Below are positions 49,293-61,800 of a stretch of 64,000 bases of DNA, piece after piece. The DNA is from a phage, in the sequence record PZ386980.1; one strand, written 5' to 3'. Position 1 is the first letter of the stretch; the number at the start of each line of letters is the position of its first letter. The translations under genes and the position numbers were made by a program. Under the pieces are notes generated by a model. That model made no database searches and was not told the DNA's origin. It saw only the letters and a program-made list of their open reading frames with translations.

Positions 49293-49673
49293 TTACCCTT
49301 CATCAACAATAGTATGAGTGTGGGCATTTACAATTTGCCACCAATCAAAGCGATTAGAACCATACATTGGTTTGTTCTCATTTTCTTTGATAATGTCACG
49401 GAGTTCATCTTCGGTAGCGGCTTTCGCGATTAAATCAGCATATCCACCGCGAGGATAATAATTATCACCTGCAAAAAGTAAAAAGTTTGGTTTAATGTTA
49501 TTGAACTCTTCAAGAGTAATAACTGTTCCACCAGGTTGAACAATATCTACATAACTATATCCTAATTTTTGAGCAGCATCTACTGCTTCAAGCAGGGTAT
49601 CATGAGCCCATCCAATTTGGCAATCTGGCTTTTCAGATGGATTAGCCTGATAATCTGCATATACTTTATACAT
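49293..49673 (-). CDS. hypothetical protein (start at internal Met MYKVYADYQ)
   Basis: ORF 49293-49712 trimmed to avoid overlap with upstream gene. Confidence 0.45.
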   Translation of the reverse strand: MYKVYADYQANPSEKPDCQIGWAHDTLLEAVDAAQKLGYSYVDIVQPGGTVITLEEFNNIKPNFLLFAGDNYYPRGGYADLIAKAATEDELRDIIKENENKPMYGSNRFDWWQIVNAHTHTIVDEG

Positions 49674-49674
49674 T

Positions 49675-49860
49675 CTACTCACCTTTAGAAATTTTATCCA
49701 TAACGATAGCAATTAAACCAATTAAAAATGCTACTACAAGTGAAAATACATTTTCTGCTGTAGTTAATAATCCGCATATAAATCCAACAAACATTGAAAA
49801 ACTAAAAGCGGAAGCAGAAATTGCAATAGCAACATTTCGAATTAATTCACAACGTTTCAT
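49675..49860 (-). CDS. small membrane protein
   Basis: 61 aa, hydrophobic; downstream of early promoter. Confidence 0.5.
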   Translation of the reverse strand: MKRCELIRNVAIAISASAFSFSMFVGFICGLLTTAENVFSLVVAFLIGLIAIVMDKISKGE

Positions 49861-49888
49861 TTTATTCTCCTCAGTAGTTGATAGGGTA

Positions 49889-49918
49889 ATAGTATCACAA
49901 CTAAAACCCTATGTAAAC
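49889..49918 (-). promoter_or_regulatory. early promoter (GTTTAC -35, TACTAT -10)
   Basis: Variant of dispersed promoter repeat. Confidence 0.55.
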
Positions 49919-49930
49919 AACTTTGTGAAA

Positions 49931-50188
49931 TTATTTTAAATCTTCTAATCGTTTCTTCATCTTAGAACCATTTTTAGCGATTTCTCCTGCGTCAGAGCAT
50001 AATGCTAAAAGTGCTTTAACTTTAGTTTGGTCTCCTTTAAAAGACGAAGGATCGACTGCAGCAGCAAGTTCTTTAATACGAGAGAAAAGACGCTCAGCTT
50101 CAGCTAAAGCCATTCCAAGCTTTACTTCCATACCATGAGAAGATTCAGTGATAATAGTTTCTGTAGCAAACTCTTTATAAGTTTTCAT
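49931..50188 (-). CDS. internal protein I-like small head protein
   Basis: 85 aa, N-terminus MKTYKEFATETI fits capsid-targeting sequence; position next to 57B as for T4 ipI. Confidence 0.6.
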   Translation of the reverse strand: MKTYKEFATETIITESSHGMEVKLGMALAEAERLFSRIKELAAAVDPSSFKGDQTKVKALLALCSDAGEIAKNGSKMKKRLEDLK

Positions 50189-50218
50189 TTTATTTTTCCT
50201 AATTAATTTTGATGAGGT

Positions 50219-50248
50219 AATAGTATCACTACCTCATCATCGTGTAAA
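50219..50248 (-). promoter_or_regulatory. early promoter (GTTTAC -35, TACTAT -10)
   Basis: Shares about 40 nt with the promoter at 49889-49918. Confidence 0.55.
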
Positions 50249-50261
50249 CAACTTTGTGAAA

Positions 50262-50958
<697 letters not shown>

Positions 50959-50959
<1 letters not shown>

Positions 50960-51684
50960 TATAGTACCTTTAGTGTATTTTTAATTTTAGAAAAAAGTTC
51001 TTCAAGAGAACCATCGTTTGTAATTACTAAATCACCATCACGAATTGGCAATCCAGCTTCTGTAATATGTGTATCATTGGATTTTTGACCAGGACGAACT
51101 ACATGAATTACTGTAGCACCCATCGCCCTAGCCGCATCCATTTCATGATCTTGACGAGTATCAGAAACGATATAATAATCATAACCTGAGTTAAATTTAT
51201 CAAGATAATCTAAAGCAAATAATTTTACCCAGTACATGCGGTCGAAGTTATTAACAATCAAATCCGTACCTAGGGCTTGCATCAGACGACGGACTGACCA
51301 TTGATCTTCAATATTATTTATAACGTCAATAATCTTGTTAAATGCTACGGAATTAACTGATTCTTTTCCTTCGTCATCAAAAACAAACACACCTTTAATT
51401 GGGCTTTTACCATTAAGATAGCAAAATGCTTGTTCCATAATCGTGATTACTTCTAATTTAGTCAGATTTAAATTAGTCTCACGATCATAGTCAATTCCTT
51501 CAAACTCTTTACGGGTTAAGCAAGGATAGTCAGTGTTTGCCGCAAATACTCCCCATGCATAAGCCAATGCATCCTTAATAGGACCAGCAAGTTGGTATTT
51601 AACTGCAGAATAATTGCTCATGATAAAATCAGCAGTAGTATCTTTTCCACTACGCTTTACACCGCTTAAAAAGATTAGTTTCAT
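50959..51684 (-). CDS. 1: deoxynucleoside monophosphate kinase
   Basis: 241 aa from MKLIFLSGVKRSGKDTTADFI (P-loop). Confidence 0.9.
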
Positions 51685-51733
51685 GTGTTTCTCCTCAAAT
51701 TTAATTAAGATTATAACACACAAAACTGAAGCA

Positions 51734-52264
51734 TTAAACTTCCGCTATAATTTTTCCATCTTTTTCTACTTGAAAATAGGTGTAAGGAATCGTTGCAGTA
51801 CATACTAAAGCCGGGTCTGAATCTTCTGTGTAGCTAAATTCTACTTCAGATAGGTCAGAAACCCAAGGCTTATAAAAATTTATTGACATCACTATTTCAG
51901 TTTTGCTATTATCTAAGATGTAAAGCGTAATGTACTCAGGACCTGTTTTTTGGGCAGTATTTTCACCTGTAAGATAGTTGCTAGTTCCTAGCATCCATTC
52001 ATACATTCCTATCCACGACTTAAGTTCTTCATCAACTATAAATCTCACAATGAGTGGATCATACTCAAATGTAACACCTGGACGTTGTGCTCGGCCCAGT
52101 CCAAACGGCCCAGTCACGGTATCAGTAACAGGTATTCTAATTCCTGGAATAGGAACTGACTGAGCATTTAAAGTAAAAGCAGATGTAGTATTACTATGTG
52201 GTATTGATACTACAAAGTTAGTTGTATTTGCTTGGTTAAAAATTTGTTGCAGAGCTTGCGACAT
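51734..52264 (-). CDS. 3: tail completion/sheath stabilizer protein
   Basis: 176 aa from internal Met; conserved position between genes 1 and 2. Confidence 0.7.
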   Translation of the reverse strand: MSQALQQIFNQANTTNFVVSIPHSNTTSAFTLNAQSVPIPGIRIPVTDTVTGPFGLGRAQRPGVTFEYDPLIVRFIVDEELKSWIGMYEWMLGTSNYLTGENTAQKTGPEYITLYILDNSKTEIVMSINFYKPWVSDLSEVEFSYTEDSDPALVCTATIPYTYFQVEKDGKIIAEV

Positions 52265-52370
52265 ATATTCCTCATAATGCTTTATAACTGTTGGTGGTAT
52301 AATGGGTCTAAGTCCCTTCCATTCAATTTCATTTAGAACAAACAACAGAAAAGAATGGAAGATAATAGAA

Positions 52371-53195
52371 TTAGATATTTGACCAGACTTTGTTTGCAGA
52401 GAAACGTTTTCCTTTTGAAACGAACTGCTGAAGTGGCATTAACACAACGTTCGCCCAGTCTTTCGGGGCGATTTCAACAAGGCTACCCATAATATTACCG
52501 GGTATATATGCCTTAATCATTTGATCTGCACCCCTAAATCCTTTCACTTGACTCCAATCAATTTTTAATTTCGTTTTATTAGTAATAGTAGGTGTATTTG
52601 CATATTGCTTTAAAAGCTCTTCTAGGAATTGCTGACGAGCTTTAGGTGGAATATAGTGCAAGTTTAATCCGTACATTAAATTATGCTTACCTAAACCAAG
52701 GTAAATTATCAAAGGAAATTTATCCCAGTAAGGAAGAGTTTCCTTGTGTTTAGCATCATAAGCAAAAGCATATATTCGCCCCGGCTGCGGGCGAACAACT
52801 TTATGTCCTTTTACTTGCTTAATAGTTTCGGCAAACCATTTTCTGGTTTTATTATTAATTGCTGCACCTTCATTACGAATTTTATCGCGCAATGTTTGTC
52901 TGAATGAATTTATCATAAGCAGTTGTCTTTCTTGCTTATTGAGCTTATTCATTGGTTTTGATTCAAGCTTTTGAATCTTTTCAGCCGTTTTAATTCCTGA
53001 AGCATATTTTGACATTGCTGAAGTAAACGTAGAGTATTTGATTCCTCTTTCTTCAGCAAATTGCTTTCCTGTCATTCCTTTTGCTTTGGCCTTTTTATAT
53101 TCAAGACCTATCTGAATCCATTTCTTTTCGTTTAATGATTGCTTAACCTTTGGAACTTGGGGTGTGCTTTCATTAATTATTTGAAAAATAGCCAT
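52371..53195 (-). CDS. 2: DNA end-protector protein
   Basis: 274 aa; conserved order 4-2-3. Confidence 0.8.
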
Positions 53196-53647
53196 TATGC
53201 CCCCTTAAAGCCAAGAGCTCGTAATCCATCTTCTGTTAGAATTCTAAATTTTATTCCACGCTTTTCAGCTAAAGATTGTGCTGCTTTCCATTTGTCAGTG
53301 TTCACAGACCAGGTATAAATTTCATTCATAAATCTTTTCTTCGCTGCAGTTGTTAGATGTGCTGGTTTAACTGGTGGTTGTGTTTCTTTTTTAGGTTTTA
53401 TTTCAATAAAAAATTCTTGTCCAGAAGAATCTTTCATCCAAATATCCATGAAGTATCTACGTTTTTTCCCTTCGGCATTACAAAAATAAGGAATTACTGC
53501 TGTTTCACTACCCCATGCAATAATTTCTGGATTTTTATCTAACCATTCAAAAAAGAATTTTTCCCAATTTGATCTATACGTAATTTTTTTAGGGTCACCT
53601 CTATATTTTGATATATTTTTAGGAACCCATTTTCCAGAATATGCCAT
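53195..53647 (-). CDS. 4: head completion protein
   Basis: 150 aa; late promoter upstream. Confidence 0.8.
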
Positions 53648-53658
53648 TGGATTCTCCT

Positions 53659-53666
53659 TATAAATA
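53659..53666 (+). promoter_or_regulatory. late promoter TATAAATA for gene 53
   Basis: Exact TATAAATA 29 nt upstream of gene 53 ATG. Confidence 0.6.
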
Positions 53667-53673
53667 GATAATA

Positions 53674-53681
53674 TATTTATA
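53674..53681 (-). promoter_or_regulatory. late promoter TATAAATA (minus strand) for gene 4
   Basis: TATTTATA on plus strand; divergent from the gene 53 promoter. Confidence 0.55.
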
Positions 53682-53694
53682 AACAGGAGGGCCC

Positions 53695-54285
53695 ATGCTC
53701 TTTACATTTTTTGATCCGATTGAATATGCGGCCAAAACGGTGAATAAAAACGCGCCGACTATTCCTATGACAGATATTTTTAGAAACTATAAAGACTATT
53801 TCAAACGTGCTCTTGCGGGATACCGCTTACGTACTTATTATATTAAAGGTTCACCACGCCCGGAAGAATTAGCAAATACTATATATGGAAATCCGCAGTT
53901 GTATTGGGTTTTATTGATGTGTAATGATAATTATGACCCGTATTATGGATGGATTACTTCACAAGAAGCTGCTTATCAAGCATCTATACAAAAATACAAA
54001 AACGTAGGTGGAGACCAAATAGTATATCATGTGAATGAAAACGGTGAAAAATTTTATAATTTAGTATCATACGATGATAATCCATATGTTTGGTATGATA
54101 AAGGCGATAAAGCTAAAAAATATCCTCAATATGAAGGAGCGCTTGCTGCGGTCGATACGTATGAAGCTGCTGTTCTTGAAAATGAAAAACTTCGTCAAAT
54201 AAAAATAATAGCAAAATCAGACATCAATTCATTTATGAACGACCTTATACGTATAATGGAGAAATCTTATGGAAATGATAAGTAA
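53695..54285 (+). CDS. 53: baseplate wedge protein
   Basis: 196 aa, first gene of plus-strand baseplate cluster. Confidence 0.8.
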   Translation: MLFTFFDPIEYAAKTVNKNAPTIPMTDIFRNYKDYFKRALAGYRLRTYYIKGSPRPEELANTIYGNPQLYWVLLMCNDNYDPYYGWITSQEAAYQASIQKYKNVGGDQIVYHVNENGEKFYNLVSYDDNPYVWYDKGDKAKKYPQYEGALAAVDTYEAAVLENEKLRQIKIIAKSDINSFMNDLIRIMEKSYGNDK

Positions 54286-55996
54286 TAACCTTAATTGGTT
54301 TGTTGGTGTTGTTGAAGATAGAATGGACCCATTAAAATTAGGTCGTGTTCGTGTTCGTGTGGTTGGTCTGCATCCACCTCAAAGAGCACAAGGTGATGTA
54401 ATGGGTATTCCAACTGAAAAATTACCATGGATGTCAGTTATTCAACCTATAACTTCTGCAGCAATGTCTGGAATTGGAGGCTCCGTTACTGGACCGGTAG
54501 AAGGAACTAGAGTTTATGGTCATTTTTTAGACAAATGGAAAACCAACGGAATTGTCCTTGGCACGTATGGTGGAATAGTTCGCGAAAAACCGAATAGACT
54601 TGAAGGATTTTCTGATCCAACTGGACAATATCCTAGACGTTTAGGAAATGATACTAACGTACTAAACCAAGGCGGTGATGTAGGATATGATTCCTCTTCT
54701 AATGTTATTCAAGATAGTAACTTAGACACTGCAATAAATCCTGATGATAGACCACTATCAGAGATTCCAACTGATGATAATCCAAACATGTCAATGGCTG
54801 AAATGCTTCGCCGTGATGAAGGATTAAGACTAAAAGTTTATTGGGATACTGAAGGATATCCGACAATTGGTATTGGTCATCTTATCATGAAGCAGCCAGT
54901 TCGTGATATGGCTCAAATTAATAAAGTTTTATCAAAACAAGTTGGTCGTGAAATTACAGGAAATCCAGGTTCTATTACAATGGAAGAAGCGACGACTTTA
55001 TTTGAGCGTGATTTGGCTGATATGCAACGTGACATTAAATCACATTCTAAAGTAGGACCAGTCTGGCAAGCTGTCAACCGTTCTCGTCAAATGGCATTAG
55101 AAAATATGGCATTTCAGATGGGTGTTGGCGGTGTAGCTAAATTTAACACAATGTTAACTGCTATGTTAGCAGGAGATTGGGAAAAAGCATATAAAGCCGG
55201 TCGTGATTCATTGTGGTATCAACAAACAAAAGGCCGTGCATCCCGTGTTACCATGATTATTCTTACGGGGAATTTGGAATCATATGGTGTTGAAGTGAAA
55301 ACTCCAGCTAGGTCTTTATCGGCAATGGCTGCGACTGTAGCTAAATCTTCTGACCCTGCTGACCCTCCTATTCCAAATGACTCGAGAATTTTATTCAAAG
55401 AACCAGTTTCTTCATATAAAGGCGAATATCCGTATGTTCACACAATGGAAACTGAAAGCGGTCATATTCAGGAATTTGATGATACCCCTGGGCAAGAACG
55501 ATACAGATTAGTTCATCCAACTGGAACTTATGAAGAAGTATCACCGTCAGGAAGAAGAACAAGAAAAACTGTTGATAATTTGTATGATATAACAAATGCT
55601 GATGGTAATTTTTTGGTAGCCGGCGATAAAAAGACTAACGTCGGTGGATCAGAAATTTATTACAACATGGATAATCGTCTTCACCAAATAGATGGAAGCA
55701 ATACGATATTTGTGCGTGGAGATGAAACTAAGACAGTTGAAGGTAATGGAACTATCCTAGTTAAAGGTAATGTTACTATTGTAGTTGAAGGTAATGCTGA
55801 CATTACAGTTAAAGGAGATGCTACCACTTTAGTTGAAGGAAATCAAACTAATACAGTAAATGGAAATCTTTCTTGGAAAGTTGCTGGGACAGTTGATTGG
55901 GACGTTGGTGGTGATTGGACAGAAAAAATGGCATCTATGAGTTCTATTTCATCTGGTCAATACACAATTGATGGATCGAGGATTGACATTGGCTAA
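54269..55996 (+). CDS. 5: baseplate hub / tail-associated lysozyme (cell-puncturing device)
   Basis: 575 aa; OB-fold N-terminus, lysozyme domain MLRRDEGLRLKVYWDTEGYPTIGIGHL, C-terminal VxGxxxV beta-helix repeats. Confidence 0.95.
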   Translation: MEMISNNLNWFVGVVEDRMDPLKLGRVRVRVVGLHPPQRAQGDVMGIPTEKLPWMSVIQPITSAAMSGIGGSVTGPVEGTRVYGHFLDKWKTNGIVLGTYGGIVREKPNRLEGFSDPTGQYPRRLGNDTNVLNQGGDVGYDSSSNVIQDSNLDTAINPDDRPLSEIPTDDNPNMSMAEMLRRDEGLRLKVYWDTEGYPTIGIGHLIMKQPVRDMAQINKVLSKQVGREITGNPGSITMEEATTLFERDLADMQRDIKSHSKVGPVWQAVNRSRQMALENMAFQMGVGGVAKFNTMLTAMLAGDWEKAYKAGRDSLWYQQTKGRASRVTMIILTGNLESYGVEVKTPARSLSAMAATVAKSSDPADPPIPNDSRILFKEPVSSYKGEYPYVHTMETESGHIQEFDDTPGQERYRLVHPTGTYEEVSPSGRRTRKTVDNLYDITNADGNFLVAGDKKTNVGGSEIYYNMDNRLHQIDGSNTIFVRGDETKTVEGNGTILVKGNVTIVVEGNADITVKGDATTLVEGNQTNTVNGNLSWKVAGTVDWDVGGDWTEKMASMSSISSGQYTIDGSRIDIG

Positions 55997-56525
55997 TATA
56001 CTTCCAATGAGCGCTGATTTAGGAGAATCCATGGAAGGTTCTTCTATCGACGTCACCTTTACCGCTCAATTAGAAACGGGTGAAACGTTAGTATCTATAA
56101 ATATAACTAGTTACGAAGAAACTCCTGGGGTTTTAGTAGAAGAAAATCGCTTATATGGAACATATGAATCTGTATTTGGTTTCGGAAATGACGCGTTGAA
56201 ATATCGTTTAGGCGATGAATTTAAAACTGCTGCTTCATGGGAAGAACTTCCTACTGATTCTGATACTCAGTTGTATTTGTGGAAAGCTCCTCAAAATCTC
56301 CAGAAGACATTCACTTACGAAGTAACATTAATATATGACTACCAAGAACAAAGTGAATCTGGAGGTTCTGGCAGTAATTCTAGGTCATCTTCTGATGCTA
56401 CTGAACCAACCGATCCTCCAGCTCCAATAAGAAAAACTCTTGTTAAAAATTACACAAAAACTATAGTTGGAAATTGGAGCCGTTGGGCTAATAAATTGAG
56501 AAGCTACGTATATGAGAGGCAATAA
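55968..56525 (+). CDS. hypothetical baseplate-region protein (start ambiguous; ATG at 56031 has GGAG SD)
   Basis: ORF between gene 5 and the PAAR gene. Confidence 0.5.
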
Positions 56526-56818
56526 TGTCAGGATTAAGTTATGATAAATGTGTTACTGCTGGTCATGAAGCGTGGCCTCCAACAGTTGTGAATGCTACAC
56601 AAAGTAAAGTATTCACTGGAGGAATTGCTGTTCTAGTAGCAGGCGATCCAATTACAGAACATACAGAAATTAAAAAGCCATATGAAACACATGGCGGAGT
56701 GACACAACCCAGAACTTCTAAGGTATATGTCACTGGAAAGAAAGCTGTTCAAATGGCTGATCCAATATCATGCGGTGATACTGTGGCTCAGGCATCATCT
56801 AAAGTATTCATTAAATAG
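56525..56818 (+). CDS. 5.4: PAAR-repeat spike tip protein
   Basis: 97 aa, small conical PAAR-type protein with conserved Cys/His. Confidence 0.8.
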
Positions 56819-56826
56819 GATTTAAA

Positions 56827-58809
56827 ATGGCAAATACCCCTGTAAATTATCAATTAACAAGAACAGCAAATGCTATTCCCGAGATATTCGTCGGGGGTAC
56901 GTTTGCTGAAATAAAACAAAACCTCATTGAATGGCTTAATGGCCAAAATGAATTTTTGGATTATGATTTTGAAGGCTCAAGATTAAACGTTCTGTGTGAC
57001 CTTTTAGCTTATAATACATTATACATTCAGCAGTTTGGTAATGCTGCTGTGTATGAAAGCTTTATGCGTACTGCTAACTTACGAAGTTCAGTTGTTCAAG
57101 CTGCACAAGATAACGGATATTTACCTACTTCAAAATCCGCTGCGCAGACCGAAATTATGTTAACATGCACCGACGCATTGAATAGGAATTACATTACAAT
57201 TCCTCGCGGAACTCGCTTTTTAGCATATGCAAAAGATACTTCTGTTAATCCATACAACTTCGTTTCTACCGAAGACGTTATTGCTATTCGTGATAAAAAT
57301 AACCAATATTTTCCGCGTTTAAAATTGGCCCAGGGACGTATAGTAAGAACTGAAATCATTTATGATAAATTAACACCTATTATCATTTATGATAAAAATA
57401 TTGATAGAAACCAGGTTAAATTATATGTTGATGGAGCGGAATGGATTAACTGGACGAGAAAGTCAATGGTTCATGCTGGTTCAACATCAACGATTTACTA
57501 TATGCGTGAAACTATTGATGGAAACACTGAATTCTATTTTGGCGAAGGTGAAATTTCTGTTAATGCTTCTGAAGGAGCTTTGACCGCTAATTATATCGGA
57601 GGTCTTAAACCTACCCAGAACTCTACGATTGTTATTGAGTACATCAGTACTAACGGTGCAGATGCGAATGGCGCAGTCGGATTTTCATATGCAGATACAT
57701 TAACAAATATAACTGTCATCAATATTAATGAAAATCCAAACGACGACCCAGATTTTGTCGGAGCAGATGGCGGCGGTGATCCAGAAGATATTGAACGTAT
57801 TCGTGAATTGGGTACTATTAAGCGTGAAACTCAGCAGCGATGTGTAACTGCGACAGATTATGATACATTTGTCTCAGAAAGATTTGGTTCTATTATTCAA
57901 GCCGTTCAGACTTTCACTGATTCTACTAAACCTGGTTATGCATTTATTGCTGCTAAACCTAAATCAGGATTGTATTTAACTACTGTGCAGCGTGAAGATA
58001 TTAAAAATTATCTCAAAGATTATAATTTAGCACCTATTACACCATCAATTATTTCTCCTAATTATCTTTTTATTAAGACTAATTTAAAAGTCACATATGC
58101 TTTAAATAAGCTGCAAGAATCTGAACAGTGGCTTGAAGGTCAAATAATTGATAAAATTGACCGCTATTATACTGAAGATGTAGAAATTTTTAACTCATCT
58201 TTCGCTAAGTCTAAGATGTTAACTTATGTAGATGATGCAGATCATTCTATCATTGGTTCATCAGCGACAATTCAAATTGTTCGTGAAGTACAAAACTTCT
58301 ATAAAACGCCTGAAGCAGGTATTAAATACAATAATCAAATAAAAGATCGTTCTATGGAATCTAATACGTTTTCATTTAATTCTGGACGAAAGGTTGTAAA
58401 TCCTGATACTGGTTTAGAAGAAGATGTATTATACGATGTTCGTATAGTATCAACTGACAGAGATTCTAAAGGAATTGGTAAAGTTATTATCGGTCCATTT
58501 GCTCCTGGCGATGTTACAGAAAATGAAAACATTCAGCCGTATACAGGCAACGATTTTAACAAATTAATAAACTCCACCGGACGCGACAAATACTATGTTA
58601 TCGGTGAAATAAACTATCCAGCCGATACAATTTATTGGAATATCGCTAAAATTAATTTAACATCTGAAAAATTTGAAGTTCAGACTATTGAATTATATTC
58701 TGACCCAACCGATGATGTTATCTTTACTCGCGATGGTTCACTGATTGTATTTGAAAATGACTTACGTCCACAATACTTAACTATCGATTTGGAGCCTATA
58801 TCACAATGA
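56827..58809 (+). CDS. 6: baseplate wedge protein
   Basis: 660 aa, conserved order 53-5-6-7-8. Confidence 0.9.
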   Translation: MANTPVNYQLTRTANAIPEIFVGGTFAEIKQNLIEWLNGQNEFLDYDFEGSRLNVLCDLLAYNTLYIQQFGNAAVYESFMRTANLRSSVVQAAQDNGYLPTSKSAAQTEIMLTCTDALNRNYITIPRGTRFLAYAKDTSVNPYNFVSTEDVIAIRDKNNQYFPRLKLAQGRIVRTEIIYDKLTPIIIYDKNIDRNQVKLYVDGAEWINWTRKSMVHAGSTSTIYYMRETIDGNTEFYFGEGEISVNASEGALTANYIGGLKPTQNSTIVIEYISTNGADANGAVGFSYADTLTNITVININENPNDDPDFVGADGGGDPEDIERIRELGTIKRETQQRCVTATDYDTFVSERFGSIIQAVQTFTDSTKPGYAFIAAKPKSGLYLTTVQREDIKNYLKDYNLAPITPSIISPNYLFIKTNLKVTYALNKLQESEQWLEGQIIDKIDRYYTEDVEIFNSSFAKSKMLTYVDDADHSIIGSSATIQIVREVQNFYKTPEAGIKYNNQIKDRSMESNTFSFNSGRKVVNPDTGLEEDVLYDVRIVSTDRDSKGIGKVIIGPFAPGDVTENENIQPYTGNDFNKLINSTGRDKYYVIGEINYPADTIYWNIAKINLTSEKFEVQTIELYSDPTDDVIFTRDGSLIVFENDLRPQYLTIDLEPISQ

Positions 58810-61800
58810 CAGTAAAAGCACCTTCAGTCACTAGTCTCAGAATTTCCAAGTTATCCGCAAATCAGGTGCAAGTACGCTGGGATGACGTTGGTGCTAATTT
58901 CTACTACTTTGTAGAAATCGCTGAGACAAAATCAAACTCGGGAGAAAATCTCCCGAGTAATCAATATCGTTGGATTAATTTAGGATATACAGCAAATAAT
59001 AGTTTCTTTTTTGATGATGCTGATCCATTGACATCATACATTATCAGAGTAGCTACAGCTGCGCAAGATTTTGAGCAGTCTGATTGGATTTATACAGAAG
59101 AGTTTGAAACTTTTGCTACAAATGCTTATACATTTCAAAACATGATTGAAATGCAATTAGCTAATAAATTCATTCAGGAAAAGTTCACTCTTAATAATTC
59201 TAATTATGTCAATTTCAATAATGACACAATAATGGCTGCGTTGATGAATGAATCATTTCAGTTTAGCCCATCGTATGCTGATGTCTCATCAATCAGTAAT
59301 TTTATTATTGGTGAAAACGAGTATCATGAAATACAAGGTTCTATTCAGCAAGTATGTAAGGATATTAACCGAGTTTATTTGATGGAATCAGAAGGGATTC
59401 TATATCTTTTTGAGCGTTATCAACCCGTAGTTAAAGTATCAAATGATAAAGGACAAACTTGGAAAGCTGTAAAGCTCTTCAATGACCGTGTAGGATATCC
59501 TTTATCTAAGACTGTATATTACCAATCTGCAAACACAACATACGTTCTAGGATACGACAAGATTTTCTATGGTCGCAAATCTACTGATGTTAGATGGTCA
59601 GCAGATGATGTCAGATTCAGTTCGCAGGATATAACATTTGCTAAATTAGGAGACCAACTTCATTTAGGATTCGATGTTGAAATCTTCGCTACTTATGCGA
59701 CTTTACCAGCGAATGTATATCGTATAGCTGAAGCCATTACTTGTACGGATGATTATATCTATGTTGTTGCCAGAGATAAAGTTAGATATATAAAAACGAG
59801 TAATGCACCTATAGATTCTGACCCATTATCACCAACATACTCGGAAAGACTTTTTGAACCTGATACAATGACTATAACTGGAAATCCTAAAGCTGTATGC
59901 TATAAAATGGATTCTATTGGTGATAAAGTTTTTGCTCTTATTATTGGTGAAGTTGAAACATTAAATGCTAATCCTAGAACATCAAAAATAATTGATTCCG
60001 CTGATAAAGGAATATATGTTTTAAATCAAGACACAAAAACATGGAAAAGAGTTTTCGGTAATACCGAAGAAGAAAGAAGACGTATTCAACCTGGATACGC
60101 AAACATGTCAACTGATGGTAAATTAGTTTCTCTGTCTTCGAGTAATTTTAAATTTTTAAGTGATAACGTTGTTAATGACCCTGAAACTGCTGTAAAATAC
60201 CAGTTAATCGGTGCTGTTAAATATGAATTTCCTCGCGAATGGTTAGCTGATAAACATTATCATATGATGGCGTTTATAGCGGATGAAAAATCTGATTGGG
60301 AGACTTTTACTCCTCAACCGATGAAATACTACGCAGAACCGTTCTTTAATTGGTCTAAAAAATCTAACACTCGTTGTTGGATAAACAACTCTGATAAAGC
60401 TGTTGTAGTTTATGCAGATTTGAAATACACCAAAGTTATTGAAAATATTCCAGAAACGTCACCAGATAGATTAGTGCATGAATACTGGGATGATGGCGAT
60501 TGCACTATAGTAATGCCAAATGTTAAATTCACCGGATTTAAAAAATACGCATCAGGAATGCTTTTCTACAAATCTTCTGGCGAAATAATTTCTTATTATG
60601 ATTTTAACTATCGTGTGAGAGATACAGTAGAAATTATTTGGAAACCAACTGAAGTATTTTTAAAAGCATTTTTACAAAACCAAGAGCGCGAAACTCCTTG
60701 GTCACCAGAAGAAGAACGTGGATTAGCTGACCCTGATTTAAGACCATTAATTGGCACAATGATGCCTGATTCTTATTTGTTACAAGATTCTAATTTTGAG
60801 GCATTTTGTGAAGCATATATTCAATATCTTTCTGACGGATATGGAACTCAGTATAACAATTTACGAAATTTAATTCGTAACCAATATCCGCGAGAAGAGC
60901 ATGCGTGGGAATATTTATGGTCAGAAATATATAAAAGAAACATTTATTTAAATGCTGACAAACGCGATGCTGTTGCAAGATTTTTTGAATCACGTAGCTA
61001 TGATTTTTATTCTACTAAAGGAATTGAAGCATCATATAAATTTCTTTTTAAAGTTCTTTATAATGAAGAAGTTGAAATTGAAATTGAATCGGGAGCAGGT
61101 ACTGAATATGATGTAATCATTCAATCTGATTCTCTTACAGAAGATTTAGTAGGACAAACGATTTATACAGCTACAGGAAGATGTAATGTTACTTATATAG
61201 AAAGAAGCTATTCTAATGGTAAATTGCAATGGACCGTGACTATTCATAATCTTTTGGGGCGGTTAATAGCAGGACAAGAAGTTAAAGCAGAAAGACTTCC
61301 AGGTTTTGAAGGCGAAATTATTCGCGGGGTTAAAGGAAAGGATTTGCTTCAAAATAATATAGACTATATTAATAGAAGTCGATCATATTATGTAATGAAA
61401 ATTAAATCCAATTTACCTTCTTCTCGTTGGAAATCTGACGTTATTCGTTTTGTTCATCCAGTAGGATTTGGATTTATAGCAATTACACTTTTAACGATGT
61501 TTATTAATGTTGGTTTAACTCTTAAACACACAGAGACTATAATTAATAAATACAAAAACTATAAATGGGATTCTGGATTGCCTACTGAATATGCTGATAG
61601 AGTAGCTAAATTGACTCCAACTGGTGAAATTGAGCATGATTCGGTAACAGGCGAAGCAATTTATGAGCCTGGCCCAATGGCTGGTGTAGAATATCCTCTT
61701 CCTGATGACTATAATGCTGAAAATAACAATTCAATATTTCAAGGTCAATTGCCATCTGAACGACGTAAATTAATGAGTCCTTTATTTGATGCATCTGGAA

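Noticed and set aside
55395-55595. Minus-strand 66-aa ORF inside gene 5
   Set aside because: Antisense to the tail-lysozyme coding sequence in the late plus-strand operon.
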